Shown: positions 27,644 through 41,083, numbered from the stretch's first letter. The stretch: DNA of 64,000 bases from Octopus vulgaris (GCA_951406725.2 OX597814.1:133238001-133302000), one strand, 5' to 3'. Notes: a model not told the origin generated them from the letters alone. Numbers and translations: made by a program.

Positions 27644-28084
27644 GGCGAGCTGGCAGAAACGTTAGCACGCCGGGCGAAATGCGTAGCCGTATTTCGTCTG
27701 CCGCTACGTTCTGAGTTCAAATTCCGCCGAGGTCGACTTTACCTTTCGTCCTTTCGTGGTCGATAAATTAAGTACCAGTTTCGCACTGGGGTCGATGTAA
27801 TCGACTTAATCCCTTTGTCTGTCCTTGTTTGTCCCCTCTATGTTTAGCCTCTTGTGAGCAATAAAGAAATAAGAAACGTTAGCACGCCGGGCGAAATGCT
27901 TAGCAGTATTTCGTCTGCCGCTACGTTCTGAGTTCAAATTCCGCCGAGGTTGACTTTGTCTTTCATCCCTTCGGGGTCGATTAAGTACCAGTTACGCACT
28001 GGGGTCGATATAATCGACTTAATCCGTTTGTCTGCCCTTGTTTGTCCTCTCTGTGTTTAGCCCCTTGTGGGTAGTAAAGAAATA
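27644..28084 (+). mobile_element. Head-to-tail dimer of SINE family A
   Basis: Full unit 27644-27872, second unit lacking the first ~11 nt; flanked by agtattattgcc(c)a on both sides. Confidence 0.9.
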
Positions 28085-29779
28085 AGTATTATTGCCCATG
28101 AGCAAATTCTTGGAGTGAAGTATTCTGTTTACTTAATTTTGTGTAATCAGTTACAATACTATACCACGTTACTACAGTTTAGTCAAGATTCTAAAGATTC
28201 TGTATAGAAAAATATTCCCTAATTTTGATATACTGTTCTCGAATATTTTTTAAGCAAGTAAGTAGTGCTACATGCGATGCCTATGTATTTAATAAATATT
28301 CTTCAAATACCGTTTCAACCTCTGATCGAGTGGGAGATAGGTGAATAAATAATTCATGCTACCCCTCTCAAACAATGCTCATTTCATATATGTAGTAAAA
28401 CCCAATCAGTTCGGACAAAGAACAGCTAGAGTTAGCATTCTTCAGTTGCACTCCGTATAAATAGTGTTTTCCAAAATATCTGAAGTCAGCTTAATAATGT
28501 ATGATCTGCTTAATGCACACCATTAGATTAATGCCTAAATGCCTACGAAGAATTTCAACTAGCTTGTCATAATTATGATTACACTTTTTCATCCTTAATA
28601 AGGCTTTAAATTCCAGTAGAGTATTTGCCTACTTCGAACGCTGAGTTTTATTTTGGTAATCATCAGGAGAAAAAGTTGACTCTGAAAATTTAGTTAATAT
28701 GGGTGTGAAAGAAATTAGCAGAACCTGCAAAACCTCAAAATAACATTTAAAACTCTACAACAGGTCGAATTTTATTGAGAATCCTCATGTTACCACCGTC
28801 CCAAACCTGTGAATACATTGTAATTTTTCCCTGTTTTTTAAAAAATACATTGATGTCGCAGATTCATGCTTCATGCACGTTAGTATACACTCCAATACAC
28901 TCATATATTTTTGCCTCTACATCCATATATCAACGTTATACTATCACACGGACTCATGTGGCTTCACAGACGACTACAAAAAAAAGTGGTCTAAAATTGA
29001 AATAAGCATTCTCAAAATGCATGATTTTGTCTTTCTCAAATTGGAAACATAGGAGCTTCATCTCTGAATTATATTGCCAAAACAACACTCAAAGAGTTTA
29101 GGAACTGAACAGGGTAGCAGATACAGAACAAACTCGCATTTAAATTAATTCACACAGCATTGTGAGCAACTTCCGTATGTATTTTCTCCAGTTACAATTC
29201 AACGAGAACAACAGCAGCAGCAGCGGCAGCAGCATCAGGAACAACAATAATTTGACCAGTAGTCTGAGCCACACCTCAATGCTAGCACAGTTGATGACCT
29301 ATTAAACTCCACAATCAACAGACGTTCACATTTCAACTATCCAAATACTTCATTTCCTCCGAATACCATTATCATCATTGCCATCATATTCTACAACAAC
29401 AGCAACAACCATAACAATATCAGCAGATACAGTCACTCCTCAATACTAGCCCAATTGATGACCTGTTAAACAGCAGAGTCTCTAGTTCTTCTCCATAGTC
29501 AGGCTACTCCAATTTCTCCCTCGCTCAGAATAACACAAGAAATCTATTATCACCATTGTAATCTTATTCTACTGCTAATACCATTACTACTACTACTATT
29601 ATAGTTAGTGAAGAATCACCCTTTTCTTCCCCTATAGTCCACCTCAATCTAAATCTATACTTCACAACTCCATGATAAGTCTGCCAACTGTAAATAAAAA
29701 AAAAGCAATCTCTTTGATGTCAAACAGCATAGCTAGTAACACTAATAGAGCACAATAATCTCTTGAGAGGAAAGGACAT

Positions 29780-30930
29780 TGGATGCGTAGCTTGATTATG
29801 CGAAGGTGTTTGTCAAATTAATCATGGAATCATCTGTCATAAGTTAAGGGACCTTGGTATCACAGGAAAACTTGGAGAATGGTTCTTTGGCTTCCTATGC
29901 CGTAGGAGTCAATCAGTAGTTACAAGTGGTTTTCTCTTTGTTAAATTAACTATGATAAGTGGCATACCTCAGGATACGGTTCTGGACCCATTATTATTGG
30001 TGATCTTATACCATTTCTGGTATATGGTAACACGTACACTCGGCCGACATAAATACATACGCCGAGGGCACAGAAATATCAATCGCTCTCCTAATTCCAG
30101 AAGATACCGTCACACTCCAGAATTAACAAAACTTCATTTATGAATGGGCTGATAAAATACTATGAATTTTAATACACCAAAATTTCAGGTTCTTCATTAT
30201 GGAAGGAATACACATCAATTGCAATGTTTAACACCAGATTCAAAGCGCTAATGACATACGGGACTAGGGGTAATCATATCAAACGATGAACTTTTCATCA
30301 GCTACATCACCAAACAGACCCTTAAATGCAGATATCTCATAGGATGGAGCCTACGGGCCCTCGTAACAAGAAAAACAGTAGTTATGCTAACACTACGGAA
30401 AACCCTAGTTCTGAACAGGACAGATTAGATTACTACTCATAGCTAACACTACGGAAAACCCTAGTTCCGAACAGGACAGATTAGATTACTACTCATAGCT
30501 ATAGTCTCCTAATTCACCCGGTGACATAAAAGAAATTAAAGGGTTAAAATGAACTTTCGGTTAAATGTCTTAATTAGTGGAAACTTCTGAAAGTTCTGCG
30601 TCTCTACCCTCTTGAACGCCAAAGAAAGGCATATACTATAATGAAAGTATGGAAAATCCTGGAGGGCATATTCCAAACCACGGCATCAGAAGATATTGTC
30701 AGCTTCCATATATGCCACCACGTAGATCCCGAGCAAAGCACTCTACTGTACTAGTCTGATATTTAGAGGCCCTCAACTATTCAACTGCCTATCCAAAGAA
30801 ATCAGAAATATAATGGGAATCTACTGAAACATTAAAAAAAAAGGAAAACACTGGATAAATAAATTTCTAACGACGATACCGGACCAGACAACCATTCAGG
30901 TAAGATCGGCTGTTATAAACTCTTATATGA
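29780..30930 (+). mobile_element. Old decayed CR1-like LINE RT fragment with a 56-bp tandem duplication (30386-30497)
   Basis: LDYAKVF..HGIICHKLRDLGITGKLGEW, SGIPQDTVLDPLL, KFQVLHYG, GLGVII. Confidence 0.8.
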
Positions 30931-31189
30931 ATGTAACATCGTTAAGTCTCCATCCGGTTTTTAATGGGAAGATGTGTGTGTGTATTCTGGCGTATATGTA
31001 TATGTCTATAAGTTTGTATGTATATGTATGTGAATGTATGAAGATACGTATATATGTGTCTATATTAATGTAGAAGGCAGGAGTAAATTTTAATTGGGAA
31101 TTATCCTCAGTGTGTATGTATGTGTGTGTGTGTGTGCGCGCGTGTATATGTGTGTGTGCGTGCTTGCGTGTGTGTGTGTTTATGTATGT

Positions 31190-32480
31190 ATTATTCTTTT
31201 ATTCTTTTACATGCTGGAGTCTTAAAAGGTTTTAGTCACAGAAATCGACTTCAGGATTTATTCTTCGTAAGCATAGTACTTTGATTTGTCGCGGTTGACT
31301 TTCAATCCTAGTTTAGCAACTATTGCTTGTAATTTTGACGTTTTATTTTGCATTTGGCTTAATGTTTGTGAAAGTAGCGCTATATCATCTGCAAAGTCCA
31401 GATCTTCTAGAGCTTTCGCATCCGTCCATTCAATGCCTGTTTGTCTTTCTATTATAGTTTCCTTCATAATCCAATCTATAAGTAGTAGAAATAAAAAGGG
31501 AGAAAGTATACAGCCCTATCGAACTCCTGTTTTTACTTAGAATTTATCCGTAGCTCCGTTTCCATGCAAGACTCGGCATGACATTCCTTGGTAAGTTGCT
31601 CTTATTATAGGTATGTACTTGTCTGGTATGCCGTAGTGCTGCATAATTTTCCATAAGCCTTCCCTATCTACACTATCAAATACTTTTTCGAAATAAATAA
31701 TTATGCGCATTAATGAAGAAAACAGCCAACGTATTAAACTAGAAACCGGTGAACTAGAGGATGTAGCCGAGTTTACGTATTTAGGTAGTAAGATAACATT
31801 TTCAGGCGGTACCGACGAAGATATTAAGACGAGAATAAGTAAGGCAAGGACCGCTTTTCACCTGTTAAAGAAAGTATGGAGCGCAAGTGTAATTTCAATA
31901 AAGAACAAAATAAGAATTTTTAACAATAACGTAAAAGCGGTGTTATTGTATGGGGCTGAGCCATGGTGAACAACCGTTAAGTCAAATAAGCAAATACAAC
32001 CATTCATCAACAGATGCTTGCGTAGTATACTTAAAATTAGATGGCCTGAATACATAAGCAATATGGAGCTATGGCAAAGAACAAATCAAGTTTCGATTAG
32101 GGAGTAAATATTTAAGAAAAAGTTGAAGTAGATTGGTAGCACAATTAGAAAAGACACACCAAATGTAGTGAAAAGTGCTTTACAGTGGAAACTGGATGGA
32201 TATAGAAGGAGAGGTAGGCCTTACAACTCGTAGCGAAGAGCAACACAAAAGCAACTAGAGAAAGGGGGGCATTCATGGCAGAGTATAAGTACAGAAGCCA
32301 AAAATTATGCGACACGGAATTCAACAATAAGTGGCCTATACTCCGCGTTGGAGGGTTAAAGGCATAAAGAAGAAAGCCTAGTACTTATTCTATCGTTCTT
32401 ATTTGCTGAACTGCTAAGTTACGGGGATGTAAACAATCAAATATTGGTTATCAAGCGATAGCGCGGTGACAAACAGACAG
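31190..32480 (-). mobile_element. SINE family B tail split by an RTE insertion
   Basis: Left half ends ..ttattcttcgtaagcatagtactt (31281); right half resumes aagcctagtacttattctatcg (32374); intact copy at 7372-7405 reads cttattctttgtaagcccagtacttattctatcg. Confidence 0.85.
31282..32373. mobile_element. RTE-clade LINE insertion with 5' inversion
   Basis: 31282-~31700 minus strand: FEKVFDSVDR..GCILSPFLF..LDFADDIALL..GLKVNRDKSK; ~31700-32373 plus strand: MRINE..FTYLGS..KAVLLYGAE.W; tail aagaagaa; 13-bp TSD. Confidence 0.9.
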
Positions 32481-32528
32481 ATGCCTAAATACATATACTT
32501 ATAGACGCAGGGGTGGCTGTGTGGTAAG

Positions 32529-32862
32529 GTGCAGGTACCCGGTGACTCTTGAGGGTCGCCCCGCCATGTGTCATCGGTGCCTGGAGCCTGGCTATATAAA
32601 GAAAAACTGTCCCCAGAAACAAAGTAAGGTCATGGAGCAGTTGGTTGAGACCTCTGTAGAAGAGGGACTGAAGGCGGCCGAGGAGGCGGTGGACTCCTCA
32701 AAGAAGGGCCGCAGGAGGAAGAATGTGAGCAACAATGGGTGCTCACCAAAGGATCCTAGGGATGAAGAAGGGGAGGCGAATCTCCCGGTCACGGAGGAGA
32801 CGCACCTTCCCTCATTTGAAAAGAAAAAAAGAAGAGGAAGAGAAACGGGACATTACCGGTAG
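32529..32862 (+). pseudogene. Gag-like ORF1 fragment with zinc knuckle (L1/Tx1-type non-LTR element)
   Basis: VTLEGRPAMCHRCLEPGYIKKNCP = CX2CX4(H>Y)X4C followed by a charged tail. Confidence 0.65.
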
Positions 32863-33580
32863 TCGATGACATAGTATCGGAATGTCCTGTCAGTTTTTTT
32901 ATATTTTCAGAGTTGTACGTTCTCTATCCTATTTCCATTACGCACACACGCACTCACACACACACACCGACACGCACACACATACATACACAAACATTCG
33001 CATACCTCCCTTTTTCATTCACACTTCCATACACATATACTCACACAGAGTTAAATAGCTGTTTTTTAACCCCCTTCCTTCTCTATTATTCTATTCGACC
33101 CTTCCTTTGCCAGTCATATGTTAAGTACCAAAGATATACTCCACGTTATTCCTTCTCAAACGGTTATTACATTCTCTCACTCTTTAAGTCACGTCTATTT
33201 CTCTAACTAACCCTCCTTCACTGTATTACTATTTTCTCTCCTCTCCCTTCACTGATGCTACTCTTTCTCTTTCTCCGCTCTACTCTTTTACTTGTAGGTG
33301 GCTATTTTGTAAACAAAAGAACTTCTTTTTTATTTTTGTTTTTATTTTATTTTTGTTTGACATTACCATATTATTAACTTTGAATTAGGTTTGTAGTTAT
33401 GAATTTTTAGTTCCTTAAGTTTTAATTAGCTAACCCTATTAATTTTGCTTCTAATTTTTGTTTCATTGAATCTATCTGTCCGGTTTGGCGTTCTAGTGAT
33501 TTTTCATTCTATTATTATTCTTTCGTTACCGTCTGGGCTATTAAAGGTCTTTATATATATATAGGTCATAATTAATCACA

Positions 33581-33689
33581 CCAATATGTAAATCCTGACG
33601 AGGAATCTAATTATTATTTCAAGAAGAGTTTATCTTTTTTGTCTTTGGAATTAATTAGACTCCGAAAGAATTTGTTGATTTTATATTGG
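33581..33689 (+). ncRNA. Type I hammerhead ribozyme motif with extended helix II, in a probable PLE pseudo-LTR (~33460-33760)
   Basis: ccaata-tgt-aaatc CTGACGA GGAATCTAATTA..38 nt..TAATTAGACTCC GAAA gaattt GTT^ gattt-ta-tattgg; helix III degenerate. Confidence 0.7.
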
Positions 33690-33756
33690 ATCTGTACCAA
33701 CGTGGATTATGAATTAAAGATCGTCTACAACTACATTTTTTCCTTTCCTTATAGTT

Positions 33757-33822
<66 letters not shown>

Positions 33823-34201
33823 CGAGCAAAACGCCCCCCGTCCAATGGACGGTGTTGAGTTGTCAAACATTTAAACCAAATTTTCTCAAAACAACTTGTC
33901 CGACCGTCCCATAGGCCTCCCTTCTGAGAAACACTGATTGAAACTAAATTTGAGACACCACCAAAAGAAGAAATAAAGATAGACTTTTCTATTTAAAAAA
34001 AAAACGATTTTACAAATGTACGTTCCCACGGCGTTATCGATCGCATTCTCACCGGGAATCGATTTTTGTAATTTCTTAAAGACTTATACACGCCCTGATA
34101 CCGTCGGTATCTACATATCAAATTTGAGCGCAATTGGATGGAGGATGCCCGAGATCCTAGAAGACAGACACACACACACAGAAAGGATTTTATATAATAG
34201 A
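33823..34201 (-). mobile_element. Non-autonomous Helitron, 379 bp
   Basis: Minus strand A|TCTATTATATAAAATCC start; hairpin ccgtcc-aat-ggacgg (33838-33852) 11 nt from a CTCG|T end (CTAG variant); no TSD; 5' region resembles 10680-10795. Confidence 0.75.
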
Positions 34202-34227
34202 TATGTATGTGCATGCGTATATGTATT

Positions 34228-34378
34228 TGTGTGTGTCGTTGTCCCCCACCATCGCTTGGCAACCGATGCTGGTATGTTTACGTCCCCCATAGAATTAGTA
34301 CTGGGGTCGATATGTTAGACTAAAGGTGCTGCCCCATTATGGCCGCAGTCGAATGACTGAAAGAAGTAAAAGAATAAA
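34228..34378 (+). mobile_element. SINE family B tail
   Basis: ttgtcccccaccatcgcttg..tggccgcagtcgaatgactgaaagaagtaaaag. Confidence 0.8.
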
Positions 34379-34384
34379 CATACA

Positions 34385-34552
34385 TATACGACGGGCTTCT
34401 TTTCTGCTTTCGTCTACCAAATCCACTCACAAGGATTTGGTCGGTCTGAGGCTATAGTAGAAGATTCTTGCCCAATGTGCCACGCAGTGGGATTGCCCTC
34501 GGAACTATGTGTTTGAGAAGCAAGCATCTTGCCACACAGCCATGCCTGCGCC
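34385..34552 (-). mobile_element. SINE family B tRNA-derived head
   Basis: Minus strand ggcgcaggcatggctgtgtggcaag..cccactgcgtggcacattgggcaag..gaagcccgtcgtat. Confidence 0.8.
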
Positions 34553-34567
34553 TTATATATCTATAAG

Positions 34568-34663
<96 letters not shown>

Positions 34664-34664
<1 letters not shown>

Positions 34665-35047
34665 GAGGCGCAATGGCCCAGAGGTTAGGGCAGCATACTC
34701 GCGGTCATAGGATCGCGGTTTCGATTCCCAGAACGAGCGTTGTGAGTGTTTATTGAGCGAAAACACCTAACAGCTCCACGAGGCTCCGGCAGGGGATGGT
34801 GGTGATCCCTGCTGTACTCTTTCACTACAAACTTTCTCTCACTCTTACTTCCTGTTTCTGTTGTACCTGTATTTAAAGGGGCCGGCCTTGTCACTCTCTG
34901 TGTCACACTGAATATCCCCGAGAACTACGTTAAGGGTGCACGTGTTTGTGGAGTTCTCAGCCACTTACACGTTAATTTCACGAGCAGGCTGTTCCGTTGA
35001 TTCGGATCAACCGGAACCCTCATCGTCGTAACCGACGGAGTGCTTCC
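34664..35047 (+). mobile_element. tRNA-derived SINE family C
   Basis: ggaggcgcaatggcccagaggttagg (A box), ggtttcgattccc (B box), ~380-bp GC-richer body between microsatellites. Confidence 0.75.
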
Positions 35048-35117
35048 TTTCCCTATATATATATATATGTATATATGTATATGTATATTAATTAGACTCC
35101 GTGTGTATGTATTTATG

Positions 35118-36060
35118 TATGTCATTGTTCAGTTTTATTTCAAGATTTCTTGCCAATTGAGAAAGAGCCGGTTTCTAACCTAGATCCAAGGACCCTTCAT
35201 TGGAATTTCAGCATCAACAACAGGCAAGTTTTATTTGGATGCATATGTACAGATTTGTATACTTTGATTTATGCATGAATTCTGTTGTATATAGTTGCAT
35301 AAAAAATGCTCATATATATCTAAATGATAAACTTCTGGAAAGTTTCAGATTTTCACAGCTCCAGTGATGGATTGGATTTGTAGTCTTCGGATTATCTTTC
35401 TCCTTTCTGGTATTGAGAAGCCTAATTTCACAAGATTGGTATTTAGGCAGTACCTTACATGTTTCAAGACCCCAATAATTACATGCGTAAACCTGAACTT
35501 GTAATCTGGATAGAGTAACTGCAGAGTTCTTAATAATTCAGCGTAGATATTCTCTTTCTCATTGATCTTCAGCTTTATATTAACATCTGCTTGGCAGCTA
35601 ATTTCCACAGCTGTACATAGTTTCTCCTCTCTTCCCTAAATGATTATATCAGGTCTGTTACCCTTACATTTCATTGAGGTCACTGGAACAATCCACCAGT
35701 ACTCCTTTTTATTCTGAGTGACTATGGCTTCTACCATATTGTGGTGTTTTATTTATTTGTCCTCAGAATTATCCTTCCAACAGATTTCATTATAGAGTGC
35801 CCTAGCTACAACATCATGTCTCATCGGTAGACATACCGAAATTACATTTTCAGACAACTGCTTATGATGTGGGTGATATCATCGGTATAAACTTCCCAAA
35901 GTCTGCATCAGTTGTCACATTTTACTGCTTTTCCTGCATCTCTATCCCTTTTGTGCATCAGGTATTTGGTCGATATTTCTGGTACCTAGATTGCAAACGC
36001 ATACCCTTGGCCCATGATATATTGCTTTGATGATCAATATTATTATCATCCCGGAGCTTT
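35118..36060 (-). mobile_element. REL non-LTR retrotransposon 3' part (CCHC finger + PD-(D/E)xK nuclease)
   Basis: CRL..DDITHIISSC..MRHDVVA..KEYWW..NRPDII..VEISCQADVN..EKENIYAEL. Confidence 0.85.
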
Positions 36061-36614
36061 CTACTATGTTTATATATATATCTTTGTATGTGTCTATATT
36101 AATGTACTACTTCCATGTGAAATGCAGACATGTCAGAAATAGATTTTAATAGGGAATTAACTAACTTGAGAGTCGGCAAATCTCAACCTATCACCAAACT
36201 TGATTGATTTCTTTCATATCATATTATATGATTGAATCATTTCTAACATAACACATTACATCCTAATCTAATTTTCTGTGAATCGGTTACATGCATGTAG
36301 GAAGTTCGTTGTTGTCAACAATCTAAGTACTATAAAGGCAGGTCTTAGGTGTCTTGAGATTAAGGCGTCGTTTATTCAGATGGAAAGCAAACAATGCTAA
36401 AACGTACTTTTAGAAATTTGTTGATATATACATGTGCATATATAGCATTAATTATGTTTATCCACTCCCAATACTCTCCACATTAGCCTAATTCAAGTCG
36501 AATCGTTATTTAAGCCTTTAGATGCAGATATGCCACTCATCTACATCAGGGATATCTAAGAAAGGAATTAACAAAACGAAGGTGAATTTATATCGCCCTT
36601 TGAATTCAGAAGTA

Positions 36615-37187
36615 TTGGGTTGTCCGGAAAGTTCGTGCCGATTTTTAAAGGAAAGAAAAAGGTCAATAAATACTTGCCATTACCCAAGTTTTACCAGGTG
36701 CTCATGAACGACGGATTTTGATAGGTTGAGGCTTTCTGCCAAATCTCGGGTTGCGCAATGTGGGTTCTTCTCAATTAATGACTTGATTTGGTCATCATCT
36801 GTAGTGGATGGTCTGCCTGATCGCTCCTTACCAATAAGGCTACAATCTCCAGCTCGGAACCTTGCGAATCACTTCTGTACAGTTTTTTCGGATAAAGAAA
36901 CATCGCCGTAAACTGCGCATATTTCTTTGGTTGTTTGTGAGGCATTTTTCCCTTTACGGAAAAAGAAAAGCATCAAGTGCCGAAAATGAATTTTCTTATT
37001 TTCTATTTTAAAGGGTTACAGAATTAACACAGGTTATAGGAACATAAACCTTCTTCTACGAAAAGATAACTTAAACTGTGCTCTAAATGGAGGTGTAGTC
37101 AAATTCTATTATATGGACTCAAACATGTTCTGAAACAAGTCGAAAGGTAAGCTATTATAAATTGGCACGGATTTCCGGACAATCTAA
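36615..37187 (-). mobile_element. Internally deleted mariner (different family, HTH region only)
   Basis: TIRs ttgggttgtccggaaagttcgtgccgattt / aaattggcacggatttccggacaatctaa, TA flanks; ENKKIHFRHLMLFFFRKGKNASQ..W/FARFRAG..RSGRP. Confidence 0.88.
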
Positions 37188-37419
37188 TAAATTTGTAATT
37201 TAGTCATGTTCCTTTATATGTATTCTTAATTTGTTTCAGGATTACCTCAGATCCCCAATAAAATAAAAGAGCATCCAAAGCATTAACTGTGTTTATCCAA
37301 ATAATGTGTCTTTAAATATTTGAATCAACAATATTAATTAGTTTTTTAATGGCTTCTTGTTAAATAATAAGTTGTCACCAAGAAATGCAGATTCAGTGTC
37401 AATAAATAGTATAAGTAAA

Positions 37420-37645
37420 GCGGCAAGCTGACTTTAAGGCATTGAGCTTGCAAAATCGTCAGTACGCCAGGCAAAATACTTGGCGGCATTTCGTCCGTCT
37501 TTAAGTTCTGAGTTCTAATTCTCCCTAGTAATTTACCTTTCATTCTTTCGGGATCGATAAAATAAACACCAAGTGAACATTGGGGCCGACGTAATCAACT
37601 TATCCCCTCCCACGAAATTGCTGGCCTTGTACCAAAATTTGAATT
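37420..37645 (+). mobile_element. Diverged SINE family A
   Basis: gagcttgcaaaatcgtcagtacgccaggcaaaat..gttctgagttctaattc. Confidence 0.7.
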
Positions 37646-39294
37646 CAATAGATAGTATTAAAAAAGACAGATCGACGGTCCACACACCATCAACTGCACA
37701 CCGACCGTATTTTATGCTTTTTAAGTTTGTTTAGTCGTAAATAAATACCAACATTTGATACAACAATTATATAATGAGGGAGTGTAATCAGAACCGTAAA
37801 TGAAACAGTTTCATTTCAATAGTTTAACTTTTACGGCGAATTGAACTCGAACATGATAAGTTGTAATACGCAGTAAGTTTTCCAGATTATAGACAGTTTG
37901 CAGTTCGTAAATATGTGTTAATAACGATCTATTTCTCATTTTATAAATCAAGAAGTAATCAGCATTTAAAAATCTACGAAGAAAAAAGTTACTATATGCA
38001 CAAACTTTGGGCATATAATTATTAGTAAACTATTTGCAGTGAAGTGTCCTAATAATGTTACACTTTTCATATTATTTGCTGTGTGGGTTAACTTTTGCCA
38101 AACGATGAACAATTAAGTCATAACCAACGCTTCCTAATAGATTATATGAAATGACTCCGATGAGATGACAGCAAAGTAGTATCCGTGGGAACTTGATTTT
38201 AAAACACGCAAGAACGACACAGAATATTATATCTTTGTATGGAAATTTGCCATTTCTGTTAAATTAATGTTTTATTTTATTCAAAATTTCTTTTGGTCAA
38301 TAAAGAAAAGCGAAAAAACACATATTCAGGTTATGTTACCAAGCGTCTTAGAATATTTACGTCGCACTTTTACTTTTCCTCATACAAAGAGACAAAGTAA
38401 TATTTACATAATTTAATTAGTTTATTCGACTATATTTTACTGCTGAAAAAGACGCAGGTCGTCTTCATTCGAAAGGTTAAACTTTTCTATGAAATTGTAT
38501 ATACATTTCTTCTGACGTGATTCCACACGTAAGATTACTCAGAAATTTATGTATCCATATATATATATATATATATATACATGAATGTGTGTGTACGTAT
38601 GTGGGTGTGCATGTCAGTGAGTGTGTATTATGTGTGCGTTCCCGCGCGCGTGTGTGTCTGAGTGTCTATTTCTGTAGTCATTTGGCAAAGCTTCATGTGA
38701 ATCAGTATTTCTATAGAAGCTAATTGTGTAACCTGACGCAAATGAAAGCAAACAGTTCAGAACCATTACTTGAAAGAATATAATCGAAGACTATATATAG
38801 TATAATCGAGATCATGTAGTCTATTTTATGTTTCAGGTGAGAACATCGAAGTTAGCTACTTAGAAGTTTTATTTATAAAGAACTCAACTAGAGTCGAGAT
38901 TCTTGGTGTAAATGTTTCACTGTTTCATTTTGTAGAAAACTACATATAGGACAATTGTCAGAAACTAAATATTTAGCAAACAATATAACACAGCAGCATG
39001 CTTTCTATTGCATTCCGCTTCCTAAAATAAATAGGCTTTCTTTCTGTCGTCAAATGAAGCAAAAATTACTTTACTTAGCACGAAAATTGACCAAAAGAAG
39101 AAACGATTGGAATCTCTACTTTATTAATGCCAAACACTTCAAGGTAGATTTTGCTTTTACTTTTAATGGTTGCTAAAATTTTATGATTGCAAATAATATT
39201 CTAGAGTTGATTCCATCAATTATGTGACATACCCAACTAAAAATAGTCATTATAACCAGCTTTTAAAGAAATGAGTGTTATATTACACATCAAG

Positions 39295-39480
39295 ACGGCG
39301 AGGTGGCAAAATCGACAGCAGACCAATCAAAATGCTTAGCTTTATTTCGTCCTTCTTTACGTTCTGAGCTCCAATCACCCCGCGCTGAACCTTGCCGTTG
39401 ATCTCTTCGGTGTGGATAAAATAAGTACCAGATGAACACTGGGGTCGGTATAATCGGCTTTGTGCCAGACTTTGTGCCAA
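39295..39480 (+). mobile_element. Diverged SINE family A
   Basis: ggcgaggtggcaaaatcg..aaataagtaccag..cactggggtcg. Confidence 0.7.
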
Positions 39481-40844
39481 GTAACGTCACTTTCCGTGCT
39501 TTAGCTTCGTTACTATGGCAACAATCCAGATACTTATTCATCAGACAACGTACTTAAGCATCAAAACATTCATAGTTTTTATTATACACAACTCACTATA
39601 ATGATAAACAGTTGGAAATTATCGTTAAAGTTCGGTACTTTGTAAAAAAATATTTTCTTGGTTCTGGTTTCACTTCAGATTTTACGAATTTGCTAAAACA
39701 AAAAGAATGGGCAAATGAAATGATATAAGTTTATTTGATGAGTGAATATTTTTCGGTCCATAATGTCTTGCAGATTTAGTTAGACATCATTTGTAATTCT
39801 ACGAATATCAGTTTGCCTACCTGTCAAGAACATATCCTCATTCAACTACTGAGAATATATTTATTAAACAGAAGCCACCTAGGAACAATTCTTTTCTATG
39901 GCTCCTTTAACGTCACGGCACAAAAGTTAATAAAGCTAAAGCTTTTAAGATGCTAGAAAACATTTTCCTCATTCAATGATAAATCTCGTATACGATGAAA
40001 GAACAATAAACCTAACTGGTCTTTTCTGGCATGTTAAAAATTCTCATTACAATTAGATCATTACTGATGATGTGTTTAAACTATAAGAATGCCATGAAAC
40101 TGTTTTAAGTTAGAATAATTCTACAATGGAAAGAAAGCCTACGGTCAACAAAGTTGATTAGAGTAAAGAAAAAAACGCATTGGAATTAAAAAAATAATTA
40201 AAAACTCATTATTATAATCATTATCTCGACAATGAAATGTAGGATCAATAGCTTTAAAGCAAAGACTTCGATTTCTCTCAATATACATGCATAAGAGTGC
40301 CTTGTAGTAAAACATCTGTAGATGAGTGGTTGAACAATTGCTGTATTGTTAGATATGATTTATTTGTTTCCGTAAAAGATATTTATATCTCTCGACGATT
40401 AATCATAATCGATTCTGAGCGATACTGAATGGTAATGGTTATAATTTACAACGTTATGATTGATAGATAATAATGCTGACTAAAAAATATTCAACATTTC
40501 TATAACCTTCTTATATGAAAAACTTTTTACAAGTTCCACCAACGTCGGATATTCTCCATAAAATCGTTTCGTTATAAGCCAAATGCCCATACAATAAGCA
40601 TATGTGTGTATGAACGTAAGTGTGTCTGTATTCCTTTGTGACGAGGAGGTCTGTATGCGTATGGGGGGGGATGTGTATATGTAATTGTCTATATTTTATC
40701 TAACTGTATTGGTTCCTCACTGTAAGTAACAACTGAAGACATATCTGCATTCCTGCTATTTCCTATATGCCTTGAGATATATTTCTACTTTAAAATTCTA
40801 TCTGAAAATTATTCTGTTTTATATTTATTAAATTTAAACATATT

Positions 40845-41010
40845 CTTTTATTTGTTTGTCATTTGACTGCGGCCATGCTGGAGCACCACTAAGTTACGGG
40901 GACGTAAACCTGTCAACATCTGTTGTCAAGCGATGGTGGGGGGGACAAACACAAAGAAACATACACACACACACTCACACACACACACACACACATACAC
41001 ACACACGCAC

Positions 41011-41083
<73 letters not shown>

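Noticed and set aside
34664-34735. tRNA-like A/B boxes (also at 15842, 27644)
   Set aside because: SINE heads; no complete cloverleaf, so not called as tRNA genes.
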